A stretch of DNA of 32,000 bases. It comes from an archaeon. Its GTDB lineage: Archaea > Iainarchaeota > Iainarchaeia > Iainarchaeales > CSSED10-239. The position numbers were made by a program, and so were the translations under genes. Shown here one piece after another: positions 15,591-23,589 of this stretch (the stretch's first letter is position 1; every line of letters begins with the position of its first letter). The notes under the pieces are model-generated. The model saw only the letters and a program-made list of their open reading frames with translations, was not told the origin of the DNA and did not search any database. The stretch lies in assembly GCA_041657425.1 (NCBI GenBank), contig JBBABY010000005.1, positions 30,001 through 62,000 on the forward strand. Reading direction: 5' to 3'.

Positions 15591-15854
15591 TTTTGTATTC
15601 CTGTAAGGATAAGTAATATATTTAGCATAATCTCCTAGTGCTTCTTCAGGAGTCAAAGTCTTTCTTTTCCCTAGTTTCACTTGCTCCTCTATATATGCAA
15701 TTTTTCTATTTACCATCTCAATTTCAATGTCTTGTTTGCTTTTACCAAAAGAGATTATTGCAAGTCTTATTGCTTCTGATTTAGTTGAGGCATAACCTTC
15801 TTCAATCATTTTATTTAAGATTTTTTCAGTAATTCCAGTTATTGTTACATTCAT
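15579..15854 (-). CDS. Ribbon-helix-helix (CopG/antitoxin-like) protein
   Basis: The N-terminus MNVTITGITEKILNKMIEEGYASTKSEAIRLAI fits a beta-strand, helix, helix RHH pattern. 91 aa. Convergent with the RelE-like ORF, with a 12-nt 3' overlap. Confidence 0.5.
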   Translation of the reverse strand: MNVTITGITEKILNKMIEEGYASTKSEAIRLAIISFGKSKQDIEIEMVNRKIAYIEEQVKLGKRKTLTPEEALGDYAKYITYPYRNTKSKK

Positions 15855-15917
15855 ATTATCACAATATAATATAGAATAAAAATATATTTAAATGATTCGT
15901 TTTGAATCAAAAATGAA

Positions 15918-16799
15918 TCACGGTGTTTTTCTTTTAATATCTAATCCAAATGCATGTACAAATTTACCGTAGTTATTTTCTGGTTCAAATTCTTTTGCTT
16001 TATCTTTGTATTCAAATATCTTTTCTTTTCTTTTTTCTAAATTATCATTGCAAATAATTCCTGGGCCACCAATACATCCGCCCTTACAAAAAAGAATATC
16101 TACAAATCTTATTTTTTTATTTTGTTTAAGATTAGTCATTGCTTTTGCTATGCAATCAGGGCCATCACAAACAATCACTTCGTCAAGATTAAGAATGTCT
16201 TTAGTAATCATGGAACTTGCAACTCCTCCGCCAAGAGGATAAATCTTAGTTACATCATTATAGAATTTATCAAACTCATTATTTTCTTTTGTATCAGATA
16301 TTTTTTTTAATTTCCCAAGTTCTTCAAGATAATCATAAATTTCAACAAGTTCTTTAAAAGTTAAAGCAAAATCTATGCAATCTGGGTTTTCTTTAGCTTC
16401 ATTTTTTTTTGCAAAACACGGGCCAACAAAGATTGTTTTATATTCTTCTCCAAATTCTCGCTTAACAAATCTAGCCATCACAACCATTGGTGAAGCAACA
16501 TCAAGCAATTTATCTTTGTGTTCTGGATATTGGTTTTCCACAAGTTTAATTATGGTTGGGCAGTTCCCACAAATGTATTGTTTTTCAGGATTATCATTAA
16601 TTACATCAATGTAACGATAATTAATAAGTTTAGCTGCATAAGTAAGTTCCATAATTTTTGAGAAACCCATAGTTCTTAAATCTGAGATGATATTTGGGAA
16701 TTCAAAATCCACAGGAAAGCTTGGCGCCAAAAGGCAAATTGTTTTCTGTGTGTTTAAGACTTCTGCAACTTCTTTTAATTCTTCGTTCATTTGTTTCAC
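15918..16799 (-). CDS. Very short [FeFe]-hydrogenase H-cluster-domain-like protein (293 aa, no accessory ferredoxin domains)
   Basis: Three H-cluster-like motifs appear in canonical order. ICGNCPT (residues 76-82) compares with TSCCP. FVGPCFAKKNEA (C128) compares with MPCxAKKxE. DILFCKGGCIGGPG (C238, C242) compares with ExMxCxxGCxxGGGQP. LLAPSFP, LRTMGFSKI and YPLGGGVASSM match other conserved stretches. GTG start at 16799 (overlapping the taw1 stop) or ATG at 16790. Confidence 0.65.
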   Translation of the reverse strand: MKQMNEELKEVAEVLNTQKTICLLAPSFPVDFEFPNIISDLRTMGFSKIMELTYAAKLINYRYIDVINDNPEKQYICGNCPTIIKLVENQYPEHKDKLLDVASPMVVMARFVKREFGEEYKTIFVGPCFAKKNEAKENPDCIDFALTFKELVEIYDYLEELGKLKKISDTKENNEFDKFYNDVTKIYPLGGGVASSMITKDILNLDEVIVCDGPDCIAKAMTNLKQNKKIRFVDILFCKGGCIGGPGIICNDNLEKRKEKIFEYKDKAKEFEPENNYGKFVHAFGLDIKRKTP

Positions 16800-17788
16800 T
16801 TCTTTTCAATTATAAAATTATCTACTTTTGAATTTTTGTTTTTTAAAAGAATGATTCTTGATGGTTTACAGCTATCAGAGATTTTAAAATCCTTTGAAAC
16901 TTTTTCTAATTCTTTTGCATAATTCATACATTCATCAAAGCTTGGCATGTTTTCAATGGCCATGGTTTTTCTAGAATATCCTAAAAACATGTAAGATTTA
17001 ATTTCAATAAAATCTGTTTTTGATTTTTCAAAAATTTTTATAAATTCTGGAAGGTATTTTAGGTCATCGTTAAGTCCCTTAATCAACGTAAATCTAATGA
17101 CTTTTCTACATTTTAGTTTTGGAAAAATATCAATTGTTTTCATTAATCTTTCCCAAGAGTCTTTGATTTTTGGTCTATTGATTTTTAAATGTAATTCTTT
17201 ATTAGGAGCTACAAAAGAAAGATATAGTTGAGTAGGAAGTGCTTTATTTTTATTAAGTTTTTCGAGATTTTCTGGTTCTAGTCCATTAGTCACAACAAAA
17301 ATAGTTTTAATTTCTTTTCGGGATTTCAGTTCAAGAATCATTTTGTCAAGATCCTTGTATATTGTTGGTTCTCCAGAAAGAGATATTGCAACATGACTTG
17401 GAATCTCTGCTTCTTTTAGTTTTTTTTTATCCACTTTTTTAAATCCACCAAAGCCAGACAATAATTTTTTTCTTTCTGCAAATAATCCATCAATAATTTC
17501 TTTAGGATCATCATAGTCGCTTTCTGAAAATTTATCTACAGTCATATATTCTGCAGGCCTCCAACAAAATATACAATTATTATGGCACCAAAGAACTGTT
17601 GGAGTAATTTGTGCACATCTGTGGCATTCAACATTATAGAAATGTTCTTTATAGCAAACCCCTTCTCCTCTAATTGCTTTTTTATTCCATTCACATATTT
17701 CAACTGCGGAGTGTTTGCCAAAAATCCCATAATGTTTATGTTTTAGATCATCAATAATTTCTTTTTTAATTAATTCTTTAGTTACCAT
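16796..17788 (-). CDS. taw1: tRNA 4-demethylwyosine synthase Taw1/TYW1 (radical SAM)
   Basis: HRCAQITPTVLWCHNNCIFCWRP has the auxiliary-cluster Cys plus the CxxxCxxC-type radical SAM motif, as in Taw1. AISLSGEPT also matches, and the size (330 aa) is appropriate. Confidence 0.8.
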   Translation of the reverse strand: MVTKELIKKEIIDDLKHKHYGIFGKHSAVEICEWNKKAIRGEGVCYKEHFYNVECHRCAQITPTVLWCHNNCIFCWRPAEYMTVDKFSESDYDDPKEIIDGLFAERKKLLSGFGGFKKVDKKKLKEAEIPSHVAISLSGEPTIYKDLDKMILELKSRKEIKTIFVVTNGLEPENLEKLNKNKALPTQLYLSFVAPNKELHLKINRPKIKDSWERLMKTIDIFPKLKCRKVIRFTLIKGLNDDLKYLPEFIKIFEKSKTDFIEIKSYMFLGYSRKTMAIENMPSFDECMNYAKELEKVSKDFKISDSCKPSRIILLKNKNSKVDNFIIEKK

Positions 17789-17887
17789 ATAAAAAACACT
17801 TATTTTTAATTGTTATTATTCTATATATAGTATAAATATACAATTTTTATAGTTAAGCTTATAGGCATAAAACAAAAAGGTGAAAGA

Positions 17888-18982
17888 ATGAAAAAGCATG
17901 AAGAGCATAAACCAGTTCATAAAGCAATAGTTCATAAAGAACTAGCACATAAAGAACACGCAGTGCATCACACACACGACAAAAAGAAAAAATTTCTAAT
18001 GGTGGGGATTGCAGTTTTAATAGTTTTAATTATTGGAATTATTGTTGCAACAATAGTGTTAACAAAAACTACAAAAGTAACAGATACACAAGATTTAGTT
18101 GTACCAGTTACTCCAGTAGTTGATACTACCACAATTGTAACCCCTCCAATAACAGGCGCAAATTTAACATTAGATGATTTTAAAGTAAGATATGAATCAT
18201 TAATGTTAAAAAATAATGAATTAAATGCAAAGATTCAACCCGAATTTTTAATTGAATTAGATATTGCTCAAAAACCAGTTTTTGATGCAATCACTACAAA
18301 ATTAAATTTAAATAAATCACAAATGGATAGTTGTCTTGCAAGCAATAATCAATTAAGTGAAATATTCAATCCAGAAACCGCAGATATATTAAAGAAAATA
18401 TATTTAGATACTCAATTTGGGCAATCAATTGGAGTAAGTGGAACACCAGCAATATTAGTTAACGGACAATTAGTTGGCGGATATGTCGCATATACAGATC
18501 TTAAGAAAGCAATTGATGATGCAATAGACGGTAACGTTGTTATAGACGAGCTATATGATGCAAACGATACTTACTTTGGTGTAAAAAACGCAAAAGTAGT
18601 TGTTTATTTATTCTCAGACTATTACTGTAGCTATTGTAAGAAACTTGCAGAAGAATCAATTACTCTTTTAAAAACAGAATATATTAATACAAACAAAATT
18701 AAGTTCGTACCAAAGGATTTTATTAGAGTAGAACCATCTGCAGCAATATATGCTAGATGTGCACAAGAACAAAATAAATACTTTGAAGCAGAAGCAGAAT
18801 TGTTTAGTAATTCTGAAACACTTTCAAGTAATTTAGACGCAGCACAAACAAAAATAACAGACAAATATTCTACAGAAATAAACGAATTTGAAGCAGAAGT
18901 TGCAATTCTTCAAAAATGGAGTGAAGAGAATCCAGAAGAATTTAAACTATTTCAAGAGTCATTAAACGCACAAGCACAATAA
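17888..18982 (+). CDS. Membrane-anchored DsbA/thioredoxin-like oxidoreductase with His-rich cytoplasmic N-terminus; fold elements in permuted order
   Basis: His-rich tail MKKHEEHKPVHKAIVHKELAHKEHAVHHTHDKKKK and TM helix FLMVGIAVLIVLIIGIIVATIVL. The cis-Pro loop motif IGVSGTPAILVNGQLVGGY (nt about 18440) precedes VVVYLFSDYYCSYCKKL (CxxC, nt 18626-18637). GGTGA SD upstream. Confidence 0.7.
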   Translation: MKKHEEHKPVHKAIVHKELAHKEHAVHHTHDKKKKFLMVGIAVLIVLIIGIIVATIVLTKTTKVTDTQDLVVPVTPVVDTTTIVTPPITGANLTLDDFKVRYESLMLKNNELNAKIQPEFLIELDIAQKPVFDAITTKLNLNKSQMDSCLASNNQLSEIFNPETADILKKIYLDTQFGQSIGVSGTPAILVNGQLVGGYVAYTDLKKAIDDAIDGNVVIDELYDANDTYFGVKNAKVVVYLFSDYYCSYCKKLAEESITLLKTEYINTNKIKFVPKDFIRVEPSAAIYARCAQEQNKYFEAEAELFSNSETLSSNLDAAQTKITDKYSTEINEFEAEVAILQKWSEENPEEFKLFQESLNAQAQ

Positions 18983-19053
18983 TTTGTGCTTTCTGTTCTC
19001 TTTTTATTTATTTTCTTTTCTAATTCTATTATATAACCACATAAATATATTGT

Positions 19054-19126
19054 GGGCCCGTGGCCTAGTGGATAGGGCAACAGCCTTCTAAGCTGTGGGT
19101 CGAGGGTTCAAATCCCTCCGGGCTCG
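19054..19126 (+). tRNA. tRNA-Arg (anticodon UCU)
   Basis: Hand fold: acceptor GGGCCCG/CGGGCTC (one G-U), D-arm GCCT-AGTGGATA-GGGC, anticodon stem ACAGC/GCTGT with loop CTTCTAA (U33, TCT, A37), T-arm GAGGG-TTCAAAT-CCCTC, discriminator G. Confidence 0.92.
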
Positions 19127-19144
19127 CTTTAAAGGTAATGAACT

Positions 19145-20848
19145 ATGATAAACTTTAAAGAGCAGTTTGCAATTAATATTTCAAAGATATTAAATAAAGA
19201 TAAAGACGAAATATTTAAATTTATAGAACAACCGCCTGATTTTTCTTTAGGAGACTTGTCTTTTCCGTGTTTTTCTTTATCAAAGGAGTTAAAGAAATCT
19301 CCACAAGACATTGCAAAAGAATTAACTGAGAAATTACAAAAAGAAAAGCAAGACACATTTGAATACTTCTCAGTCAATGGTTATATTAATCTTAGAATTT
19401 CTCATAACCAACTTTACAAAGAAACTATAACTGAAGTTTTAAAAGAAAAAGAAAATTATGGTAAACCTAAAATAATTACAAAAGAACAATATGTTATTGA
19501 TACATTTAATGCAAATCCATTTAAGACTCTTCACGTGGGTCACTTAAGAATGATTGTTGGTGGAGATTCTATTTCTCGTTTATTAGCATTTAGTGGTTAT
19601 GATCCTAAACCAGTTTATTATGGTGGAGATGTAGGAACTCATGTTGCTAAATGGTATTGGTATTATACAAAATATTTAACAGATAAACAAAGAGAAATTC
19701 CAAAAACAAATGTAGCAAAATGGTTTGGAGAAATTTATCTTAAAGCTGGAGAAAAAGCAAAATCAGAAAGTAATTCAACTGAAGAGATAGACGAACTTCA
19801 AAAAGAAATACTAACTAATAGAGATTTACAAATAACTATTGCAAAATTAAGAGATAGTTGTTTTCAAGCATATATGCAAGTCAAAGATGAATTAAAAGTA
19901 ACTCTTATAGATAAGATATTTGAAAGTGAAAGTGAAAAAAAGTTTTTAGAAATAAAAGATGATTTAATTAAAAAACACAAGGACGTAATTACAGAAAGTC
20001 AAGACGCAGTAATTGCTGATTTAAAAGACCAGAAATTAGATGTAATTGTTTTGATTAAAAAGAATGGAGCACCACTTTACGGTGCAAAAGATATCGCATT
20101 AGTTCAAGTAAAGCAACAAAAATTTCCAAAATGTAATCATTTTATTTACGTGGTTGGAGCAGAACAAGATTTTTACTTTAAGCAATTATTTGCTTTATTT
20201 TCAGACATCTATCCAAACACAACTCATGAACATATTTCTTTAGGCATGGTTAATCTTTCAACAGGGAAGATGGCTTCTCGTGCTGGTGGCATGATACTTT
20301 ATGAGGACTTAAGAGATATGTTAAAAGAAAAAGCAAAAGAAATATTAATTGAAAACAATTTAGAGATTGATAATGAGATAATAAACAAGATAGTATTTGG
20401 AACAATTAAGTTTGAAATGTTAAAGATTGGTTTTAATAAAACATTTGTGTTTGATATAAACTCAGCCCTTGATCTTCAAGGGGATTCTTCAGTGTATGTA
20501 CAATACAGTGGAGTAAGAGCAAAAAGCATTTTAAGAAAAGTTAGTGCAATTTCAGACACCACAGAAATAAAGCCTATACAGTTAGAAGACGACGAGCATA
20601 AATTACTAAACTTAATTTATCAATTTTCAAATAAAGTAGAATATGCAACCAAAGAAAGAAAACCAAACATCATCGCAAGTTATTGTTTAGATCTTTCTCA
20701 TACTTTTAATAAATTTTACACTAACTGTCAAGTAATTAATGAAGCCAAAAATATTAAAAATCAAAGGCTGTTATTGATTAAAGCATATTTGCAATGTTTA
20801 GAAAATGCTTTAGATTTATTAGGAATAGAAATTCCGGAGAAAATGTAG
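19145..20848 (+). CDS. argS: Arginine--tRNA ligase
   Basis: N-terminal Arg_tRNA_synt_N-like region, class I HIGH variant NPFKTLHVGHLR, KMSK-equivalent GKMASRAGG, and a DALR anticodon-binding region ending in the characteristic C-terminal Met. 567 aa. Confidence 0.9.
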   Translation: MINFKEQFAINISKILNKDKDEIFKFIEQPPDFSLGDLSFPCFSLSKELKKSPQDIAKELTEKLQKEKQDTFEYFSVNGYINLRISHNQLYKETITEVLKEKENYGKPKIITKEQYVIDTFNANPFKTLHVGHLRMIVGGDSISRLLAFSGYDPKPVYYGGDVGTHVAKWYWYYTKYLTDKQREIPKTNVAKWFGEIYLKAGEKAKSESNSTEEIDELQKEILTNRDLQITIAKLRDSCFQAYMQVKDELKVTLIDKIFESESEKKFLEIKDDLIKKHKDVITESQDAVIADLKDQKLDVIVLIKKNGAPLYGAKDIALVQVKQQKFPKCNHFIYVVGAEQDFYFKQLFALFSDIYPNTTHEHISLGMVNLSTGKMASRAGGMILYEDLRDMLKEKAKEILIENNLEIDNEIINKIVFGTIKFEMLKIGFNKTFVFDINSALDLQGDSSVYVQYSGVRAKSILRKVSAISDTTEIKPIQLEDDEHKLLNLIYQFSNKVEYATKERKPNIIASYCLDLSHTFNKFYTNCQVINEAKNIKNQRLLLIKAYLQCLENALDLLGIEIPEKM

Positions 20849-21442
20849 ATGAAAGATAAATATACAGATGTTGTTTCAATTGATTTGTTTAAGACAAGCG
20901 GCGTTCCAGAAATCCTTGCACAATTAGATCTAGAAACAATATATGTTTTAAAGAATGTAAAAAAAAAAGAAGACGTTGATTTCCCATTACCTTCCAGAAA
21001 GCAATTCAAAAAAGCACTTTTGTTTTCAGATCTTGCCTTACTTAATACATGTAAATCAATTATTCCAAAAAACACATTAATTCTTGGACAAGGTGGCTCG
21101 CTTCAATCCAATATAAATATATTATCAAACAAATCTCCAATCCATCTTTTCGACCCAATAGGTCAAGAGACCTGTATTGACGAAGGCCAATGTAGGATTG
21201 CACATCAAAACAAGAAAATTGTATTTTTCAATTTAGACCAGATAAGAAACAATCAATACAAGGCAATAAAGCAAATGTCTTTTGCCATAGGGTTATTAAA
21301 AAAGCACAATGTAGAAATGAGGTTTATGACTTTAGCGAAAAGACCAGAAGATCTAGTTGATCCAATAATTCTTCAAAACTTTCTAAAAAATTTTAATTTA
21401 GAAAAATCATTTACAAAAAGAATATTACAAGAAAAAATATGA
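20849..21442 (+). CDS. rnp3: RNase P protein component 3 (Rpp30 homologue)
   Basis: Position immediately before Pop5 and the proteasome/exosome superoperon. Segments IHLFDPI...IDEGQCRIAHQNKKIVFFNL and RFMTLAKRPEDLVDP resemble the Rpp30 TIM-barrel C-terminal strands. The call rests mostly on context. Confidence 0.55.
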   Translation: MKDKYTDVVSIDLFKTSGVPEILAQLDLETIYVLKNVKKKEDVDFPLPSRKQFKKALLFSDLALLNTCKSIIPKNTLILGQGGSLQSNINILSNKSPIHLFDPIGQETCIDEGQCRIAHQNKKIVFFNLDQIRNNQYKAIKQMSFAIGLLKKHNVEMRFMTLAKRPEDLVDPIILQNFLKNFNLEKSFTKRILQEKI

Positions 21443-21768
21443 AAAAAACAAAACTTGCAGTAATTAGGCCAAATTTGAGGCATAAGAAGAGATATGTGCA
21501 ATTACAATTACTAACTTATAATCAATCAATCGATCAAAAGATAATTCATACAACTCTTTGTAGAGCTCTTCAAAAGCAAAGTGGAATTTTTGCACAAATC
21601 GAAAGCAACATTACAATTTTAGAAACAAATCCAAAAACCAAAGAATTAATAATAAGAATTAATAAAGAATATTTAGATGAGTTCATTGGCTCATTATTTT
21701 TCGCACAAAGTGATTTAGGTTTAATTAAAATAAAAGATATAAAAAGTACAATAAAAAAGGTGAAATAA
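21439..21768 (+). CDS. rnp2: RNase P protein component 2 (Pop5 homologue)
   Basis: RPNLRHKKRYVQLQL matches the Pop5 N-terminal lR.k.RYi motif. Size 109 aa, with a 4-nt overlap with rnp3. Confidence 0.6.
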   Translation: MKKTKLAVIRPNLRHKKRYVQLQLLTYNQSIDQKIIHTTLCRALQKQSGIFAQIESNITILETNPKTKELIIRINKEYLDEFIGSLFFAQSDLGLIKIKDIKSTIKKVK

Positions 21769-21772
21769 AAAA

Positions 21773-22276
21773 ATGGTGGCTAAAAAGAAAGTTGTAAAAA
21801 AAATAAAAACTTTGCCAAAAGCAAAGCCGAAAATAGTTAAAAAAGAAGAACCAAAGAAGGAAAGGCCATTAGGCATTAAAATAATTTCAACATATTACAT
21901 AATTGTCTCGGTTCTAAGTTTTATTGTTGGAATACTTGTAACTTTATTTCCAGAAAAGATTTCAGAGTATACAATTAATTCCATACAAGCAACACAATCA
22001 AGTTATTCTGCAGCAATGTTTACTCCCACAGTAATTTTGATAATGGGGTCAATAATGGTTGTAGTTGGAATAATTGGATTCGTTTTGGGTCTAGGGCTAT
22101 GGAATATGAAAAAATGGGCAAGAATGCTATTAATAGTTTTTGCAGTATTTGGTTTTTTCATGGCATTAATGGGACTAACAACAGGAGAATTTTCAAATAT
22201 AGTAGGGTTGTTAATCAACGGATTTATCGCAGGATATTTGATATTTTGTAAAGACGTAAAGGCAGTATTTAAATAA
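21773..22276 (+). CDS. Hypothetical multi-pass membrane protein with Lys-rich N-terminus
   Basis: KKKVVKKIKTLPKAKPKIVKKEEPKKE is followed by about 4 hydrophobic helices. The motif GLGLWNMKKWARMLLIVF and the C-terminal FCKDVKAVFK are shared with the next ORF. GGTGA SD upstream. Confidence 0.6.
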   Translation: MVAKKKVVKKIKTLPKAKPKIVKKEEPKKERPLGIKIISTYYIIVSVLSFIVGILVTLFPEKISEYTINSIQATQSSYSAAMFTPTVILIMGSIMVVVGIIGFVLGLGLWNMKKWARMLLIVFAVFGFFMALMGLTTGEFSNIVGLLINGFIAGYLIFCKDVKAVFK

Positions 22277-22291
22277 AAGAGTTTATTGGTT

Positions 22292-22711
22292 ATGAAAATA
22301 AACACAAAAATCCTTTTAATTTCTATTTTTTATTTTTTATTTGCATTATATAATTTAGCAATGTTTGTGCGTTTATTATTACCAGATTCTGGAATGGGTG
22401 CGCTTTTGGCACCTGCGTTTTTCTTTTTATTTGTAATTTTTTTATTGATTGGGGTAGGTATTTTAATAAAATCCAATTTTGCAAGATGGTGTGCAATAGT
22501 TATTTCTATAATTAGTATATTGACTTTTAGTAATATTAATTTTGATGCATTTAATTCTTATTCCCAAATAATTTTACTTTCAAACACATTAAAAAGTTTA
22601 AATTTTGGTTTAAATCTTTTAATCGCTATAATTAATGTATTAATTGTAATTTTTTGGTTTTCTAAAGATTCTAAAAATTATTTTAAAAAAGATAAAAAAC
22701 AAGCAAAATAG
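22292..22711 (+). CDS. Hypothetical multi-pass membrane protein, distant paralogue of the preceding ORF
   Basis: About 4 hydrophobic helices. GVGILIKSNFARWCAIVI and the C-terminal FSKDSKNYFKK parallel motifs of 21773..22276. ATG at 22292 preferred over TTG at 22286. Confidence 0.55.
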   Translation: MKINTKILLISIFYFLFALYNLAMFVRLLLPDSGMGALLAPAFFFLFVIFLLIGVGILIKSNFARWCAIVISIISILTFSNINFDAFNSYSQIILLSNTLKSLNFGLNLLIAIINVLIVIFWFSKDSKNYFKKDKKQAK

Positions 22712-22764
22712 TATATTTAAAGCAAATAGTGTTTTTCTGTCTAAAATAAGCTTTTTAAATGCTT

Positions 22765-22785
22765 CTTATATATAATATATATAAG
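22765..22785. promoter_or_regulatory. AT-rich near-palindrome (CTTATATATAATATATATAAG), candidate TATA-box region for the psmA transcription unit
   Basis: Read directly. It lies about 65-85 nt upstream of the psmA ATG in a 139-nt gap that interrupts the otherwise tightly packed + strand gene string. Confidence 0.25.
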
Positions 22786-22850
22786 ATATATTTCTGTTTT
22801 ATACATTTATCTTTATAGTAAAAAAATAATAAAAACGGTGAAAAATTTTG

Positions 22851-23573
22851 ATGCCAAATTCTCTAGGTGCTGCAGCAGCAGGTTATGATAGATCAACAAC
22901 AATGTTTAGTCCTGAAGGACATTTATACCAAGTAGATTATACTTCAAAGATAATCGAAAAAGGAAGTCCAGCAGTAGCAATCATATACAAGCAAGGAATA
23001 GTAATTATTGCAGACAAGAAGATTCATTCAAGTCTTGTAATCCCTGACTCCGTAGAAAAGGTATTCAAGATTGACGGCCACATCTGGACAGCTTGTGCAG
23101 GATTAATTGGAGACGGAAGAAGATTAGTGGATTTTGCAAGACAAATGTCTCAGGAAAACAGAACATATTACGATCAAGCAATAGAAGTAGAAACTTTAGT
23201 TAAGAAGATTGCTTCAGTAATCCAATACTACACTCAATACGGCGGCGGAAGACCATTTGGAGTATCATTAATTATCGCAGGCTATGATTCTTTAGGAAAG
23301 CACATTTTCGAAGCAGAACCAAGTGGAGCAATAACTGCTTATAAGGCAGTTGCAATTGGTCAAAATAGAGCAAAGTTAATGGAATACTTAGAAAAGAATT
23401 ACAAAGAAAATCTTTCTTTTGAAGATGCAATGGAAATAGGAATAAAAGCAATAGCATTAAACTTAGAACCAAAACACAAATTAAATCCACAGAGTATAGA
23501 GGTAATAAATATTTCCGAGAATGGAAATAACGGAACAGTGGTTCCATTAGAGAAATATTCTAAATTATTATAA
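22851..23573 (+). CDS. psmA: Proteasome subunit alpha
   Basis: GYDRSTTMFSPEGHLYQVDYTSK is the hallmark alpha-subunit N-terminus, followed by a proteasome fold of typical length. GGTGA SD upstream of the ATG at 22851. Confidence 0.95.
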   Translation: MPNSLGAAAAGYDRSTTMFSPEGHLYQVDYTSKIIEKGSPAVAIIYKQGIVIIADKKIHSSLVIPDSVEKVFKIDGHIWTACAGLIGDGRRLVDFARQMSQENRTYYDQAIEVETLVKKIASVIQYYTQYGGGRPFGVSLIIAGYDSLGKHIFEAEPSGAITAYKAVAIGQNRAKLMEYLEKNYKENLSFEDAMEIGIKAIALNLEPKHKLNPQSIEVINISENGNNGTVVPLEKYSKLL

Positions 23574-23589
23574 AAGGTGAAACAAAAAT

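Noticed and set aside
19054-19126. On first reading the string TTCTAAG suggested a CUA (amber-suppressor) anticodon.
   Set aside because: A proper cloverleaf fold gives anticodon stem ACAGC/GCTGT and loop C-U-UCU-A-A. The anticodon is therefore UCU (Arg), flanked by the expected U33 and A37.
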